From NCBI GenBank assembly GCA_031269935.1, contig JAISYL010000177.1, positions 5,433-69,432 on the forward strand: a stretch of DNA of 64,000 nucleotides, read 5' to 3'. The notes below the pieces were generated by a model. It was not told the origin of the DNA, ran no database searches, and worked only from the letters and a program-made list of their open reading frames with translations. How positions within the stretch are numbered: position 1 is the first letter of the stretch; the number at the start of each line of letters is the position of its first letter. This DNA is from Planctomycetota bacterium (lineage in GTDB: Bacteria > Planctomycetota > SZUA-567). Positions 7,698-18,390 of this stretch are shown in pieces. The position numbers were made by a program, and so were the translations under genes.

Positions 7698-10388
7698 ATG
7701 GCCAATATTCCCGAAGAACTGATGCAGAGTTTCATATCGGAAGCCTCGGATCTTCTTGATGATGTGGAACCTTCGCTAATCGAATATTCCCGCATGGGCA
7801 CCGCCGCGGACAGAACCGAAATAGTCAACCGGGTTTTCCGGCATTTTCATTCCATAAAAGGCAGCGCCGGTTTTGTTTGTCTGGATGACATTTCCCGACT
7901 GACGCATGAAGCCGAAACCCTATTGGAACTTTACCGCAAGGACTCCGAAAAAATAATACCCCAGGAAACCATAAATCTGCTTTGCCGAACCGTGGATTTC
8001 TTGCGGTTCTTGTTCGAACAGGAAGCCAGCGGCCTGCCAAAAAATGAAGCCGGTTTTGAAAATATCATAATTGAAATACGCAATGCCATAGCCGCCGTCA
8101 AAAAAACCAAAACCGACCTGTCCATGGTCAATTTAAGCGCCGATCAGCGGATGAACACGGATATAACCGGCGTTCGCCCGTCCGGTCCGGCGACGATCAA
8201 TCCAAGCCCGGGCGTTTCCGCCTCGCCGCCAACCCCCATGCCGGCCCAGCCCAAGGCGGAGAAGGCAAAAACCCCGACCCCGCACCCCGGAACGATTTCC
8301 CGCGGTTCAAGTTCGCACGATACGGCCCGGGTAATACGTTCAACCCAGGCGGGGACGAAAAAAGTCGATCCGGCCGAATTCGCGGGCCGCTATGTGTCGG
8401 AAGCCAATGAATTGCTGGAACAGATTGAACAGGCGTTTCTTTATGCCGAGCAACATCCGGACGCCTCGGAGGAATCCATCCGGGACGCCCTGCGTTTCCT
8501 CCATAGCTTCAAGGGCAATAGCGGTTTGATGCATTTGGTTGATTTGGAACGCCTTAGCCATCGGATGGAAACCGAGGTGGAAAGAAACACCTCCCGTTCG
8601 CTTGGCATTGATTCGCAGATCTTCGACGGATTGCTGCAAATGATCGATATCCTTCGCGAGGGCGTCCGCGATTATTCCTGTGGGGGATCCGGCGGTATTC
8701 CGGAAGCCGACACCTATATCGCCATGATGAACGAATACAGTTCGTCCAAAAGGGCGACCGACGTGGGGGTACGTCCTCCTTCGCCCGACACCGACATGAA
8801 GAAATTGATTAAAACCGTCGAAGCCGAACTCCCGGTAACCGACGCCGGCCAGTCCGGGGAAAAGAAAAAATCCCCGGAATCGGCGCCCAAAAATACGCTT
8901 TCCCCCTCCGGCGGCGAAAGCGCCGAAAAAAAACCAAGAAAAGACCCCAACAAGGATGACACGACCAGGGTGGTGTTGATAGGCAAAACCTCCTACCAGG
9001 AAAACCTGATGGCCACTCCCAGGCGAAGCGCCATCAACATGGATGCCGCCCTCGCTCCCGAATCCCCGGCCGCCTCCCTCCCGCCGCCGGCGAGGATCAA
9101 TTCCTCCCCGCCGCCGTCCCCGGACAACGCCGGGATCGGGAAAGGCAAATCCTCCAACGACAAGAGCGATACGATGCGCAGACGCAAGAATTCGGATCAA
9201 ATCTCCGGCCGGAACGATATCAGGGTGGATCTCCGCAAACTGGACGGCATACTCGATTTGGTGGGCGAGTTGGTTATCGCCGAGGCCATGGTGACTAGGC
9301 ATCCGGTGGTGTGGGACGCCGAGAACGAATCCCTGGAACGGGCGGTGCACCAATTGCGCCGGGTGACCAATTCCCTCCAGGACATGGCCACCTCGGTTCG
9401 AATGATTCCCCTCGCCCCCACCTTCCGCCGGATGACCCGATTGGTCTATGATCTTTCCGTCAAGGCGAGCAAGCAGGTGGACCTGATCCTGCTGGGGGAG
9501 GAGACCGAGGTTGATCGAACCGTCATTGAACGCATTTCCGATCCCCTGGTGCACATCATCAGGAACGCCATCGATCACGGCATTGAACCACCGGCCGAGC
9601 GGGTTGCCCTCGGCAAGCCGGAACACGGCAATGTAACCATAGAGGGACATCACGAGGGTGGCGAGGTTTGGATTGTGGTCACCGACGACGGACGCGGCCT
9701 GGATCGGGAAGCGATTCTCAACAAGGCCGTTTCCCGCGGCCTGGTTTCCGGCGACGGTTCGGAGTTGACGGACAACCAGGTGTACCACTTTATTTTCGAG
9801 CCCGGATTTTCCACCGCCGCCAAGGTGACCGACATTTCCGGCCGGGGCTTCGGGATGGACGTGGTAAAAAAGAATATTGAGAAATTGTCGGGAAAAATAG
9901 ATGTCCGCAGCCGCCCCGGCGAAGGTTTGGCCGTGGTGATGCGCATCCCCCTGACCCTGGCCATCATCGACGGCATGCTGGTGAGTTACGGCGGGACCCA
10001 GTACATCATTCCCCTTCTTTCCATCCGCGAGACCATCCGGCCCGACCTGTCCCAGGTATTCACCACCCCGGACGGACAGCAAATGGTTCGAATCCGGGAC
10101 GAACTCATTCCCATCGTCATGTTGAACGAAACCTTCTCCAGGGTTCATAAATCCCGGGAGTTGAGCGATGGCATTTTGATGATTGTCGAGGGGGAGGAGG
10201 GGGATGTGGTGGCGCTTTTCGCGGACGAACTCCTCGGACAGCAGGAAACGGTAATCAAGGGGCTTTCCGGCTGGTTGAAGATGTCCCGGGGGGTGTCCGG
10301 CTGCACCATTCTGGGCGACGGGGAGGTTGGCCTGATTCTGGACATCGGATCCATAGTTAAATTGGCGCGCCAGTCGACTCCGGTTTAG
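7698..10388 (+). CDS. cheA: Chemotaxis histidine kinase CheA with two HPt domains
   Basis: HPt motifs FHSIKGSAGF and FLHSFKGNSGLM. Dimerisation segment RVDLRKLDGILDLVGELVI. HATPase blocks DPLVHIIRNAIDHGIE, DDGRGLD and GRGFGMDVV. C-terminal CheW-like domain. The likely start is MANIPEEL at 7698 inside ORF 7629..10388. Confidence 0.92.
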   Translation: MANIPEELMQSFISEASDLLDDVEPSLIEYSRMGTAADRTEIVNRVFRHFHSIKGSAGFVCLDDISRLTHEAETLLELYRKDSEKIIPQETINLLCRTVDFLRFLFEQEASGLPKNEAGFENIIIEIRNAIAAVKKTKTDLSMVNLSADQRMNTDITGVRPSGPATINPSPGVSASPPTPMPAQPKAEKAKTPTPHPGTISRGSSSHDTARVIRSTQAGTKKVDPAEFAGRYVSEANELLEQIEQAFLYAEQHPDASEESIRDALRFLHSFKGNSGLMHLVDLERLSHRMETEVERNTSRSLGIDSQIFDGLLQMIDILREGVRDYSCGGSGGIPEADTYIAMMNEYSSSKRATDVGVRPPSPDTDMKKLIKTVEAELPVTDAGQSGEKKKSPESAPKNTLSPSGGESAEKKPRKDPNKDDTTRVVLIGKTSYQENLMATPRRSAINMDAALAPESPAASLPPPARINSSPPPSPDNAGIGKGKSSNDKSDTMRRRKNSDQISGRNDIRVDLRKLDGILDLVGELVIAEAMVTRHPVVWDAENESLERAVHQLRRVTNSLQDMATSVRMIPLAPTFRRMTRLVYDLSVKASKQVDLILLGEETEVDRTVIERISDPLVHIIRNAIDHGIEPPAERVALGKPEHGNVTIEGHHEGGEVWIVVTDDGRGLDREAILNKAVSRGLVSGDGSELTDNQVYHFIFEPGFSTAAKVTDISGRGFGMDVVKKNIEKLSGKIDVRSRPGEGLAVVMRIPLTLAIIDGMLVSYGGTQYIIPLLSIRETIRPDLSQVFTTPDGQQMVRIRDELIPIVMLNETFSRVHKSRELSDGILMIVEGEEGDVVALFADELLGQQETVIKGLSGWLKMSRGVSGCTILGDGEVGLILDIGSIVKLARQSTPV

Positions 10389-10445
10389 GCGGGCCTTTTT
10401 TCGCGGGCGCCCCGAAGGCGCCCGGTCGGTTGGGAGGAAACGGTG

Positions 10446-10952
10446 ATGCGGCAAACCATGCTGGACGATTTCTGGGGGGATGACGACGAGGATGACGACA
10501 CCCAGAAGGACAAATATCTCACCTTCCGGCTGGACGTGGAGGACTATGGGCTGGAGATCCGGCATGTCAAGGAAATCATAAGCATCCAGAAGATAACCGA
10601 AGTTCCGGATCTTCCCGAATTCGTCAAGGGGGTGATAAACCTGCGGGGCCAAATCATTCCCACCCTGGATTTGCGGATGCGTTTCGGAATACCCCCCAAG
10701 GATTACGACGAACGGACCTGCATCATCATCACCCATATGAATGAAATACCGGTCGGGGTCATCGTCGACACCGTAAACGAGGTTCTCGACATACCTCCAG
10801 AAATGATTTCCCCCCCCCCGTCGGTTCAGAAAGGGATGGCGCATCGCTTCATCCAGGGTCTGGGGCGGGTCAGGGACGAGGTCAAAATAATTCTGAACGC
10901 CGAAAAACTTCTACACGACGAGGAACTCGAGGCCTTGGAGGCGGCGCAATGA
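10446..10952 (+). CDS. cheW: Chemotaxis coupling protein CheW
   Basis: YLTFRLDVEDYGLEIRHVKEII...VKGVINLRGQIIPTLDLRMRFG is a typical CheW core. GGAGG lies ~8 nt before ATG 10446 (GTG 10443 is an alternative start). Confidence 0.9.
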   Translation: MRQTMLDDFWGDDDEDDDTQKDKYLTFRLDVEDYGLEIRHVKEIISIQKITEVPDLPEFVKGVINLRGQIIPTLDLRMRFGIPPKDYDERTCIIITHMNEIPVGVIVDTVNEVLDIPPEMISPPPSVQKGMAHRFIQGLGRVRDEVKIILNAEKLLHDEELEALEAAQ

Positions 10953-11018
10953 TTCATCCAGGCCGACTCCGGATGTCGATGAGGCTGTGTCCAGGGGCGG
11001 AAATAAGAGACCAATGAC

Positions 11019-12698
11019 ATGAATGGAGCTAAAATGAGGGGCAGGATATCCTCCAAGCTGAAGAGTCTTTCCATCATCCTCGGATTGGAGCTTTTGGCTT
11101 CCCTGCTGGCGGCCTTTCTGGTTATTCCCTTTTTGTCGGCCGCGGGCAACTGGGGCGGGGGAGACCTGGCCGCCCTGGTTTTCGTATTCGCCGCCGTTTT
11201 TTCAATCCCGATTTACCTGTTGAGCAGCGGGAGCGGGGTCCGGGTTCACGATTTTGTCGACGCCATGGCGTCCCCGGCCGTGGTTATCGACGCCAACGAC
11301 TGTTACGCATTGATCAATCCCCCCGCGGCGAATATGCTCAATCTCAACAAAAACGACGCCCTTGGCAAAAAAGCCGATTCCCGGTTGTTGAACCTATTGA
11401 GGACGAAATCGTCCAACCGGGATTTGTTTTCCTCCCAAAACATCCTGAAAATCGGCAACCGCGGCTTCAAGGTCCTGGAGCATGGCCTTCCCTTCCAGGA
11501 AACATCCGGCCCCCAAGCCCGGGTGTTGGTTTTTCACGATGTGACCAGCCTGATAAGTCTGAAGTCGGCGCTCCGGGAAATCGACGGCAATGTCGAAAGC
11601 CTTTCCGAAAACGCCACCAAGCTATCCAATTCGTCCATGAATCTTTCCCAGAGCGTGACCGAGCAAGCCGCTTCGCTTTCCGCAATCTCCACCGGCATGA
11701 ACCAGGTAAGCGGCCAAATCCAGGGAAATGCCGAATCGGCGGTCAAGGGTACCCAGTTGGCGGCCCAGGCCAGGGAGGCGGCCGAAAGATCGGGCAGCGA
11801 AATCACCAATGCGCTTTCGGCCATGACCGATGTCCAGGAAGCCGGCATCCGCATAGCCCGCATTGTCAAATTGATTGACGACATCGCCTTTCAAACCAAT
11901 CTGTTGGCCTTGAACGCGGCGGTGGAGGCGGCCAGGGCGGGGCGGCAGGGAAAGGGATTCGCCGTGGTGGCGGACGAGGTGCGAAACCTGGCCGGACGCA
12001 GCGCCAAGGCGGCCAAGGATACGGCCAGCATGGTCGAGGACGTTACGGAACGAATCGGGAACGCCGGCGCCTATATATCCAAACTCAAGGAAATACTTGG
12101 CAATATTGTCCAGGACGCCATTCACATGGCGGATTATTCCGCCGCCTCGTCGGCCACCTCCACCGAACAGGCGTCCAGCATTTTGTCCATCAATCGCGAA
12201 TTGGGACAGATGAATACGGCCAACAATTCCATTATCGGGGTGGCCGAACAGTCGACCTCCGCGGTTGTCATGTTGACGTCGCAGATCAACGCCCTGAAAA
12301 ACCATTTCAATTCAATCAATCAAAACTTCTTTACCGTCCTTGACCGCAATGAATCGCCCTTCGCCGATTCGGCTCCGGACAATTCCCCCATCAATCTCCT
12401 GGAAAAGCCCGATTCCTACGATTGGAAGACCAACCAGTTGTCCGACAACTATTTCGGCGGACAGAATCCCGGAACCGGCGATCTGGAATTTTCCGGGGAT
12501 TTCGGCAATGACCGCCAACCTAATTGGCTGGCCGGAGGCGGATTCGCCAATCCGTCCGGCCCGGGAGGGGCAGGGGGCAAACCCCTGGTTGCGGATGCCA
12601 ATTTGCGCGTGGGCGAGGGCAAAATCCAATATGGGGACAGGATGGTGCGTCCAAGTCAGCACATTGTCCTGGACGACTCGGAATTCGGCCGCTATTGA
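11019..12698 (+). CDS. Methyl-accepting chemotaxis protein
   Basis: N-terminal TM segment and the highly conserved signalling hairpin [47 protein letters not shown]. Alternative start at ATG 11034 (MRGRISSKL). Confidence 0.9.
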   Translation: MNGAKMRGRISSKLKSLSIILGLELLASLLAAFLVIPFLSAAGNWGGGDLAALVFVFAAVFSIPIYLLSSGSGVRVHDFVDAMASPAVVIDANDCYALINPPAANMLNLNKNDALGKKADSRLLNLLRTKSSNRDLFSSQNILKIGNRGFKVLEHGLPFQETSGPQARVLVFHDVTSLISLKSALREIDGNVESLSENATKLSNSSMNLSQSVTEQAASLSAISTGMNQVSGQIQGNAESAVKGTQLAAQAREAAERSGSEITNALSAMTDVQEAGIRIARIVKLIDDIAFQTNLLALNAAVEAARAGRQGKGFAVVADEVRNLAGRSAKAAKDTASMVEDVTERIGNAGAYISKLKEILGNIVQDAIHMADYSAASSATSTEQASSILSINRELGQMNTANNSIIGVAEQSTSAVVMLTSQINALKNHFNSINQNFFTVLDRNESPFADSAPDNSPINLLEKPDSYDWKTNQLSDNYFGGQNPGTGDLEFSGDFGNDRQPNWLAGGGFANPSGPGGAGGKPLVADANLRVGEGKIQYGDRMVRPSQHIVLDDSEFGRY

Positions 12699-12704
12699 GG
12701 AAAT

Positions 12705-13694
12705 ATGATAACCTGGCATGGCCTTGATGAAGCGGGGGGACTGGCGGCGATCCCGTTTTTCCCGGACGCCCTGGAAACGGAATCCCGCGGTTTCTGGCTG
12801 GACGCGATCAATCCCGACGCCGGGGAGTTGAAATCCCTCGGGGCGGCGCTGAGAATTGACATTCCGGATCGCCAGGATATGGCGGAGATAGAGCTTTCCA
12901 ACCGCCTTTACAAGGACGGCGATTCCCTGGTGATGATCGCCAGCCTGATACCCAAGGCCGAGGAGGGACGTTTACCCCCCACCCGTCCCGCCACCTTCAT
13001 TTTCAGGGATGATTTATTAATCACCGTCCGTTTTTGCGATTTCTTCTCCTTCGAGAGAATGGTCGCGGAAATGGCGAAAAACCGGCAAATCAATTCGGCG
13101 ACGGCGGTTTTCTTCGGGCTGCTGGAGGAAATGGTCTCGGATCGGGCGGACGGCCTGGAAAGGTCCATGCGCCGCCTGGAAGAATTGACCGCCAAGCTGT
13201 TCCTGCCTTCGCCGGAGGTGAAAACCGTTTCCCCCGGCGGCGATGATCTGGCCGCCGTCATCAAGGGCATCGGGGCCTTGGGCGTGGAGGTGTCGATCAT
13301 CAGGGAAAGCATCGCCTCGCTCCAGCGGATGCTTAATTTCGCCAAGGCGCATCTCCCCGTCGAACGCCGGAGCGGCATGGCCGGCGTCATGGATTCGCTC
13401 AAAAACGATCTCACCGCCCTAGCCGACGAGGCGTCGTTCCTCATGAACAAGCTTTCCTTTAATCTCGACGCGGCCCTGGGCATGATAAACCTGGACGAAA
13501 CCAAGGTGATCCGCCTGCTCTCGGTGGTCACCCTGATACTTTCCCCGCCCTTGCTAATCGCCGGGATTTACGGGATGAATTTCCGCCATATGCCGGAACT
13601 GGGCTGGGAATACGGTTATCTCGCCTCGCTTGCCCTCATGCTGTTCACCGCCGTGGCCTCAATCCGGTACCTGCGGTGGCGAAGGTGGCTATGA
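12705..13694 (+). CDS. corA: CorA-family magnesium/cobalt transporter
   Basis: 329 aa with two C-terminal TM helices and the signature YGMNF (IAGIYGMNFRHMPEL). Confidence 0.85.
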   Translation: MITWHGLDEAGGLAAIPFFPDALETESRGFWLDAINPDAGELKSLGAALRIDIPDRQDMAEIELSNRLYKDGDSLVMIASLIPKAEEGRLPPTRPATFIFRDDLLITVRFCDFFSFERMVAEMAKNRQINSATAVFFGLLEEMVSDRADGLERSMRRLEELTAKLFLPSPEVKTVSPGGDDLAAVIKGIGALGVEVSIIRESIASLQRMLNFAKAHLPVERRSGMAGVMDSLKNDLTALADEASFLMNKLSFNLDAALGMINLDETKVIRLLSVVTLILSPPLLIAGIYGMNFRHMPELGWEYGYLASLALMLFTAVASIRYLRWRRWL

Positions 13695-15437
13695 TCCGGG
13701 GACGGCGCCCCTCCCGGCGTATTCGTCGACCAATTCGCAAAGAATCGGCATGAGCTGCTTTTTTCGCGATACCACATCCTTCATGAGGTAAACCGCGTCC
13801 TCCTGCCTGGGCAGATTGATTCCTTGAACGAAATCCGGCTTTCCCGCCAGGATCATGAGGCTGGTCAGCAAGGTTATGTCGGTTATCAGGATGGCGGAAA
13901 AAAGCGCCTGATGCGCCGTCCTTTCGCGTTCAAGAGCCTCCACGAACTCGTCCTTTCGGCTTAACGCCTCTCCGGGATCCCCCACCTCAATCTGGCTTAC
14001 GGTGAAGCGCTGGCCGCATTCGTTGTATATTTTCATGTCCTGGCGAACCAATTCCCCGGCGGGAAGCCCGGACATGTTTGACGCCGCCAGCATCAGATCC
14101 CCCCCCAGGGCCGAGATCTCGAGATTGGCGATGTTGGCCAGATCCTCGGACATTTCCCGGTCCGCGGCGGTGGTGGTCGACGACTGGAGGACCAGGGTGT
14201 CGGCAAGGATGCCGCAAAGAAGAAGCGAGGCCATTTTGGCGGTCAGGGGAATGTGGTTTTCCCGGTAAAGGCCGGCGATAATGGTGCTGGTGGCCCCCAC
14301 CGGCTTGTTGATGAAAGTAATGGGATGGCGCGTATGCATCGCCCCCAGCCGGTGGTGATCGATGATTTCCAGGATCCGGTAATTCTCGACGCCTTCCACC
14401 GCCTGGGACGCCTCGTTGTGATCGACCATGATTATTTCAATGCTGGGATCGTGGTAAAGATCGCTTTCCGACAGCACCCCCACCACCACCCGGTCGTCAT
14501 CAACCACCGGCAGGGATTTGCCGGGGGCGTTGGCCAAGGCGGGGGCGATTTTACGCAGGGCGTCGCTCCTCAGGATCGGCTTGACGTCCGCGTTCGCCAT
14601 GGCGGAAACCGGCATGGAATAAATGAGGAGCATGGTGGTCGAGGAAGTGTCGTATGGGCTTATCAATATCGAAATCCCCTTCCTTTCCGCCAACTCCCGG
14701 CACGGCCGGCCGGGCATGTCGCCATTGGTGATCACTAGGGCGCGAACCCCGCTTTCAATGGCGAAATTATGGATTTCCTCCCGATTGCCGGTTATGACGA
14801 TGGTGTTTTCGGGCGGATAGGTGGCTAACAGGGTCTTGAAAGTTTCAAACTTGGCCGAGGCGATGACGATGGGGCTTTTGCTGATTTCGTCGGCCCGGTC
14901 CAGCACCAGGGTCTGGGCGTGCAAAACCGAGGCCAAAAGATTGATGCTGGTCCGGATAGCCGTTTTTTGCCGGGGATTGCTTAACCTAATGATGTTTTGC
15001 GCGAAAAAACGGTAATGCAGCAGGGCTTCGTAGCGGCCCTCCGAATCCACCACGGGCAGGGCCGAAGTTTCGCTGGTTTGCAGAATGCCCATGGCGTCCC
15101 ACACCGACATGTCGCGATTTATCGTTTTGCAATGCGGATTGTAATAATACTCGACCTTGGGAAGCAAATCCGGGATGAACTCCGGAAGCGGGGTTTTAAA
15201 ACGGTTGAAAACATAGTCAATCTGGGGCGACGTCTTTCCGGCCCGGGCGGCGAAGCAATTTTCCATCCCTTGCGCCCGCTTCAATCCGGCGTAGGCCGCG
15301 GCCGATACCACCGAGTCGGTGTCGGGGTTGCGATGGCCGAAAACATACACCCTCTTTTCCCTCCCGGTCATTCGAAAGATTCTGGTATTCAGGGCGGATT
15401 CGCCGTTCGGAAAGACCGGATACGCCTCCTTTTTCAT
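13689..15437 (-). CDS. ppaC: CBS-domain family II (DHH) inorganic pyrophosphatase
   Basis: VFGHRNPDTDSVVSAAAYA, MVDHNEASQ and IIDHHRLG (DHH/DHHA2 signatures of family II PPase), with a large CBS/DRTGG-like insert between them. Confidence 0.8.
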   Translation of the reverse strand: MKKEAYPVFPNGESALNTRIFRMTGREKRVYVFGHRNPDTDSVVSAAAYAGLKRAQGMENCFAARAGKTSPQIDYVFNRFKTPLPEFIPDLLPKVEYYYNPHCKTINRDMSVWDAMGILQTSETSALPVVDSEGRYEALLHYRFFAQNIIRLSNPRQKTAIRTSINLLASVLHAQTLVLDRADEISKSPIVIASAKFETFKTLLATYPPENTIVITGNREEIHNFAIESGVRALVITNGDMPGRPCRELAERKGISILISPYDTSSTTMLLIYSMPVSAMANADVKPILRSDALRKIAPALANAPGKSLPVVDDDRVVVGVLSESDLYHDPSIEIIMVDHNEASQAVEGVENYRILEIIDHHRLGAMHTRHPITFINKPVGATSTIIAGLYRENHIPLTAKMASLLLCGILADTLVLQSSTTTAADREMSEDLANIANLEISALGGDLMLAASNMSGLPAGELVRQDMKIYNECGQRFTVSQIEVGDPGEALSRKDEFVEALERERTAHQALFSAILITDITLLTSLMILAGKPDFVQGINLPRQEDAVYLMKDVVSRKKQLMPILCELVDEYAGRGAVPGS

Positions 15438-18188
15438 TTAACTCTCCAGGCTGTCCCTGAGTTCGGTCAATTCCCCGGCTTGCCGCATGAGTTCGCCCAG
15501 CCGCGCCTTTTCCCGTTCAACCACTTCCGCCGGGGCTTTCCCCAGAAACTCGAGGTTGTGCAGCTTGCGATTGAGATCATCGCGGCCCCGCAGCCTTTTG
15601 GAGAGCTCCTTTTCAATGCGCAACCGCTCGACTTCCACGTTCATGAGACCGGACAGAGGCGCATACACCTGGGCTCCGTCGATAATCTCGGTGGCGGTTT
15701 GACGGGGTTTTTCCAGATTCACGCCGAAATCAAGGGACTCTACGCCGGCCTGGTCGCGAATCATCATCCCCAAAGGAACGACGCTTTCCAGATAATCGGC
15801 CTTGGCCGCGCTCACCAGTACGGCCAACCGCAATTTCGGCGGCAGGTTGAACTTCGCCCGGATGTTTCGTACCGCCCGGACGATGTTCATGGCCCTGTCC
15901 ATGTCGCGTTCAATCGCCGGATCCCTCCAGCGCGAGGCGGCCTCGCAATCCGGCCAGGAGGCGCGGATAAGCAGGGGTTCCGCCGGCCGGATGTCCTCCA
16001 AGCCCCGGGCGGGCGCCACTTCGGCAAGCAACCGCCAAACCTCCTCGGTGAAAAAAGGCGTGGCCGGATGCAGGACCCGCAGGATATTGTCAAGCGTCCA
16101 GGCAAGTATTCCGGCGGTGACGCCGGCGGCGGGGCCGCCCTGGTTCAGGTAAGGCTTGGCCATTTCCAAATACCAGTCGCAAAAATCCCCCCAGGCGAAT
16201 TCATAGACGGTTCTCGCGTATTCATGGAAACGAAAAGCCTCCAATTGGCCGCTCGCCCCGGCGACGCACGCCGCCAGGCGGGAAAGTATCCAGCGATCGG
16301 CCAGGGACAAGTCGGAAGCCTTCGGCATATCCCCTCCGGCCGGCGTTTCGGACAGGCGGATAAGAACAAACCGGCTGGCGTTCCACATCTTGTTGATGAA
16401 ATTGCGGCCCATTTCAAAGCGGGAGGGAGCGAGCTTGATATCCTGCCCGTCGGTGGTGAGGGTGCAGAGGGTATAACGCACCGAATCGGCGCCATAGCTG
16501 TCGTAGGCGTATTCCTTTCCGAAGCGCCGCTGCTTTCCCCCCTGGATCATCACCAGCGGATCAATGCCGTTTTCCTTCGTTTTCGACATTCTGGCCCCGT
16601 TTTCGTCCAGGATGGTTCCATTGATGTAAACCTGGCGGAAGGGGACTTCGCCCATGAAGTGAAGTCCCATCATCATCATCCTGGCCACCCAAAAATAAAT
16701 TATGTCCCGGGCGGTGACCAGAACCTCGGTGGGGTAATAGAAGTCGAGTTCCGGAGTCTTGTCGGGCCAGCCCAGGGTGGAGAACGGCCAAAGGGCGGAA
16801 CTGAACCAGGTGTCGAGAACATCCGGGTCCTGGACAAGATTGGGCGAACCGCACTTGCCGCAGGCCGCGGGAGCCTCGAGGGCGGCAATCATTTCATGGC
16901 ATTGGCCGCAATACCAGACCGGAATGCGGTGTCCCCACCAAATCTGGCGGGAAATGCACCAATCGCGGACATTTTCCAGCCAGGAAAGATAAACGCGCTC
17001 CCAGCGGGAGGGAGTGAATTTCAATTTGCCTTCCTTGGAGGCCTGGATGGCCTTGTCCGCCAGCGGGCGCATGCGTACGAACCATTGTTCCGAAAGAAAG
17101 GGCTCGACGGGGGAATCGCAACGGTAACATTGACCCACCGCGTGGCGGTGCTCCACCGTTTGCGCAATGGCCTTCAGTTCCGCCAAATCCTCCAGGATCT
17201 TGTCGCGGGCCCGAAAACGATCCAGGCGGGAATACTTGCCGGCGGCGGCGGTCATCATGCCGTCCGGGCCGATGACGGTTATTTGTTCCAGATCATGGCG
17301 CAAGCCAACCTCGAAATCGTTGGGATCATGGGCGGGAGTTATCTTCAACACCCCGGAACCAAACCCGGGATCGACCATGGCGTCGGCGATTACGGGAATC
17401 TCCCGGTTCATTATGGGCAGAATCGCCGTCTGCCCCACCAGGTTGCGGTAGCGGGCGTCATCCGGATGGACGGCGACGGCGGTGTCCCCCGGCATGGTTT
17501 CCGGGCGGGTGGTGGCCACCACGACGCTTCCCCGCCCGTTTTTCAACCGGTAACGGATGTGCCAAAGTTTGCCTTCGCGTTCCACATGTTCCACCTCGTC
17601 ATCCGACAGGGCGGTATGGCAACGAACGCACCAGTTTATGAGGCGGCGGCCGCGGTAGATCAGTCCCTCCCGGTAAAGGCTGACGAACACTTCGCGGACG
17701 GCGCGGGACAGGCCATCGTCCATGGTGAAGCGTTCGCGCTCCCAATCGCACGAACAGCCGAGTCGCTTCAACTGGGTGATTATGGTGGAACCGTATTTTT
17801 CCCGCCATTCCCAAACCCGCCGAACGAATTTCTCCCGGCCGATGGCGTTGCGGTGCAGGCCTTCATCCGCCAGGGAACGCTCCACCACGTTCTGGGTGGC
17901 TATGCCGGCGTGGTCGGTGCCCGGCATCCAAAGGGTTTCCAGTCCGCGCATCCTGGCGTGGCGGATGAGAATATCCTGGAGGGTGTTGTTCAGGGCGTGG
18001 CCCATGTGCAGGATTCCGGTGACGTTCGGGGGCGGGATGACGATGGCGTACGGATGGCGTCCCGAATCGGGAACCGAATGGAACGCGTTCGAATCCAGCC
18101 AGTCCTGAAGCCGGCGCGGCTCCACCTCGGAGGGGGAATAGTGCTTGGGGAGGCGGTCGGCCAAGTTCGGGGGGATTGGGTCGGACAT
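15438..18188 (-). CDS. valS: Valine--tRNA ligase
   Basis: 916 aa with PPPNVTGILHMGHALN (HIGH region), KMSKTKENGIDP (KMSKS) and a C-terminal coiled coil. The stop abuts the ppaC start. Confidence 0.96.
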   Translation of the reverse strand: MSDPIPPNLADRLPKHYSPSEVEPRRLQDWLDSNAFHSVPDSGRHPYAIVIPPPNVTGILHMGHALNNTLQDILIRHARMRGLETLWMPGTDHAGIATQNVVERSLADEGLHRNAIGREKFVRRVWEWREKYGSTIITQLKRLGCSCDWERERFTMDDGLSRAVREVFVSLYREGLIYRGRRLINWCVRCHTALSDDEVEHVEREGKLWHIRYRLKNGRGSVVVATTRPETMPGDTAVAVHPDDARYRNLVGQTAILPIMNREIPVIADAMVDPGFGSGVLKITPAHDPNDFEVGLRHDLEQITVIGPDGMMTAAAGKYSRLDRFRARDKILEDLAELKAIAQTVEHRHAVGQCYRCDSPVEPFLSEQWFVRMRPLADKAIQASKEGKLKFTPSRWERVYLSWLENVRDWCISRQIWWGHRIPVWYCGQCHEMIAALEAPAACGKCGSPNLVQDPDVLDTWFSSALWPFSTLGWPDKTPELDFYYPTEVLVTARDIIYFWVARMMMMGLHFMGEVPFRQVYINGTILDENGARMSKTKENGIDPLVMIQGGKQRRFGKEYAYDSYGADSVRYTLCTLTTDGQDIKLAPSRFEMGRNFINKMWNASRFVLIRLSETPAGGDMPKASDLSLADRWILSRLAACVAGASGQLEAFRFHEYARTVYEFAWGDFCDWYLEMAKPYLNQGGPAAGVTAGILAWTLDNILRVLHPATPFFTEEVWRLLAEVAPARGLEDIRPAEPLLIRASWPDCEAASRWRDPAIERDMDRAMNIVRAVRNIRAKFNLPPKLRLAVLVSAAKADYLESVVPLGMMIRDQAGVESLDFGVNLEKPRQTATEIIDGAQVYAPLSGLMNVEVERLRIEKELSKRLRGRDDLNRKLHNLEFLGKAPAEVVEREKARLGELMRQAGELTELRDSLES

Positions 18189-18300
18189 GGATGTATTTTC
18201 CTTTTTTCGCCGTCTGGTCGTGCCGGCCAGAAACCGCTACGGAGGTTTCAAGCCGGCGCCGATGAAACCGAAATTCAAAATGGCTTCAGCCCAAGTACGC

Positions 18301-18378
18301 GGAAATAAATAAAATCCACGGCTTCGGCATGAAAACGCCCCGCGGGGCCGCGCCCCGATGTAAAAGCCAATTATTTCC
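18301..18378. repeat. Short structured repeat, family 2, copy B
   Basis: ggaaataa...ttatttcc terminal pairing and a central palindrome gccccgcggggc. On the minus strand this reads as a GC hairpin followed by gtttt. It lies 13 nt downstream of the stop of gene 18391..19026. Confidence 0.6.
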
Positions 18379-18390
18379 AGACCCCGACCG

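Noticed and set aside
8340-10844. 834-aa ORF antisense to cheA/cheW
   Set aside because: Shadow ORF. It spans two real genes on the other strand and has no recognisable domain.
14997-18308. 1103-aa ORF antisense to valS
   Set aside because: Shadow ORF opposite a gene with unambiguous HIGH/KMSKS motifs. Low-complexity composition.
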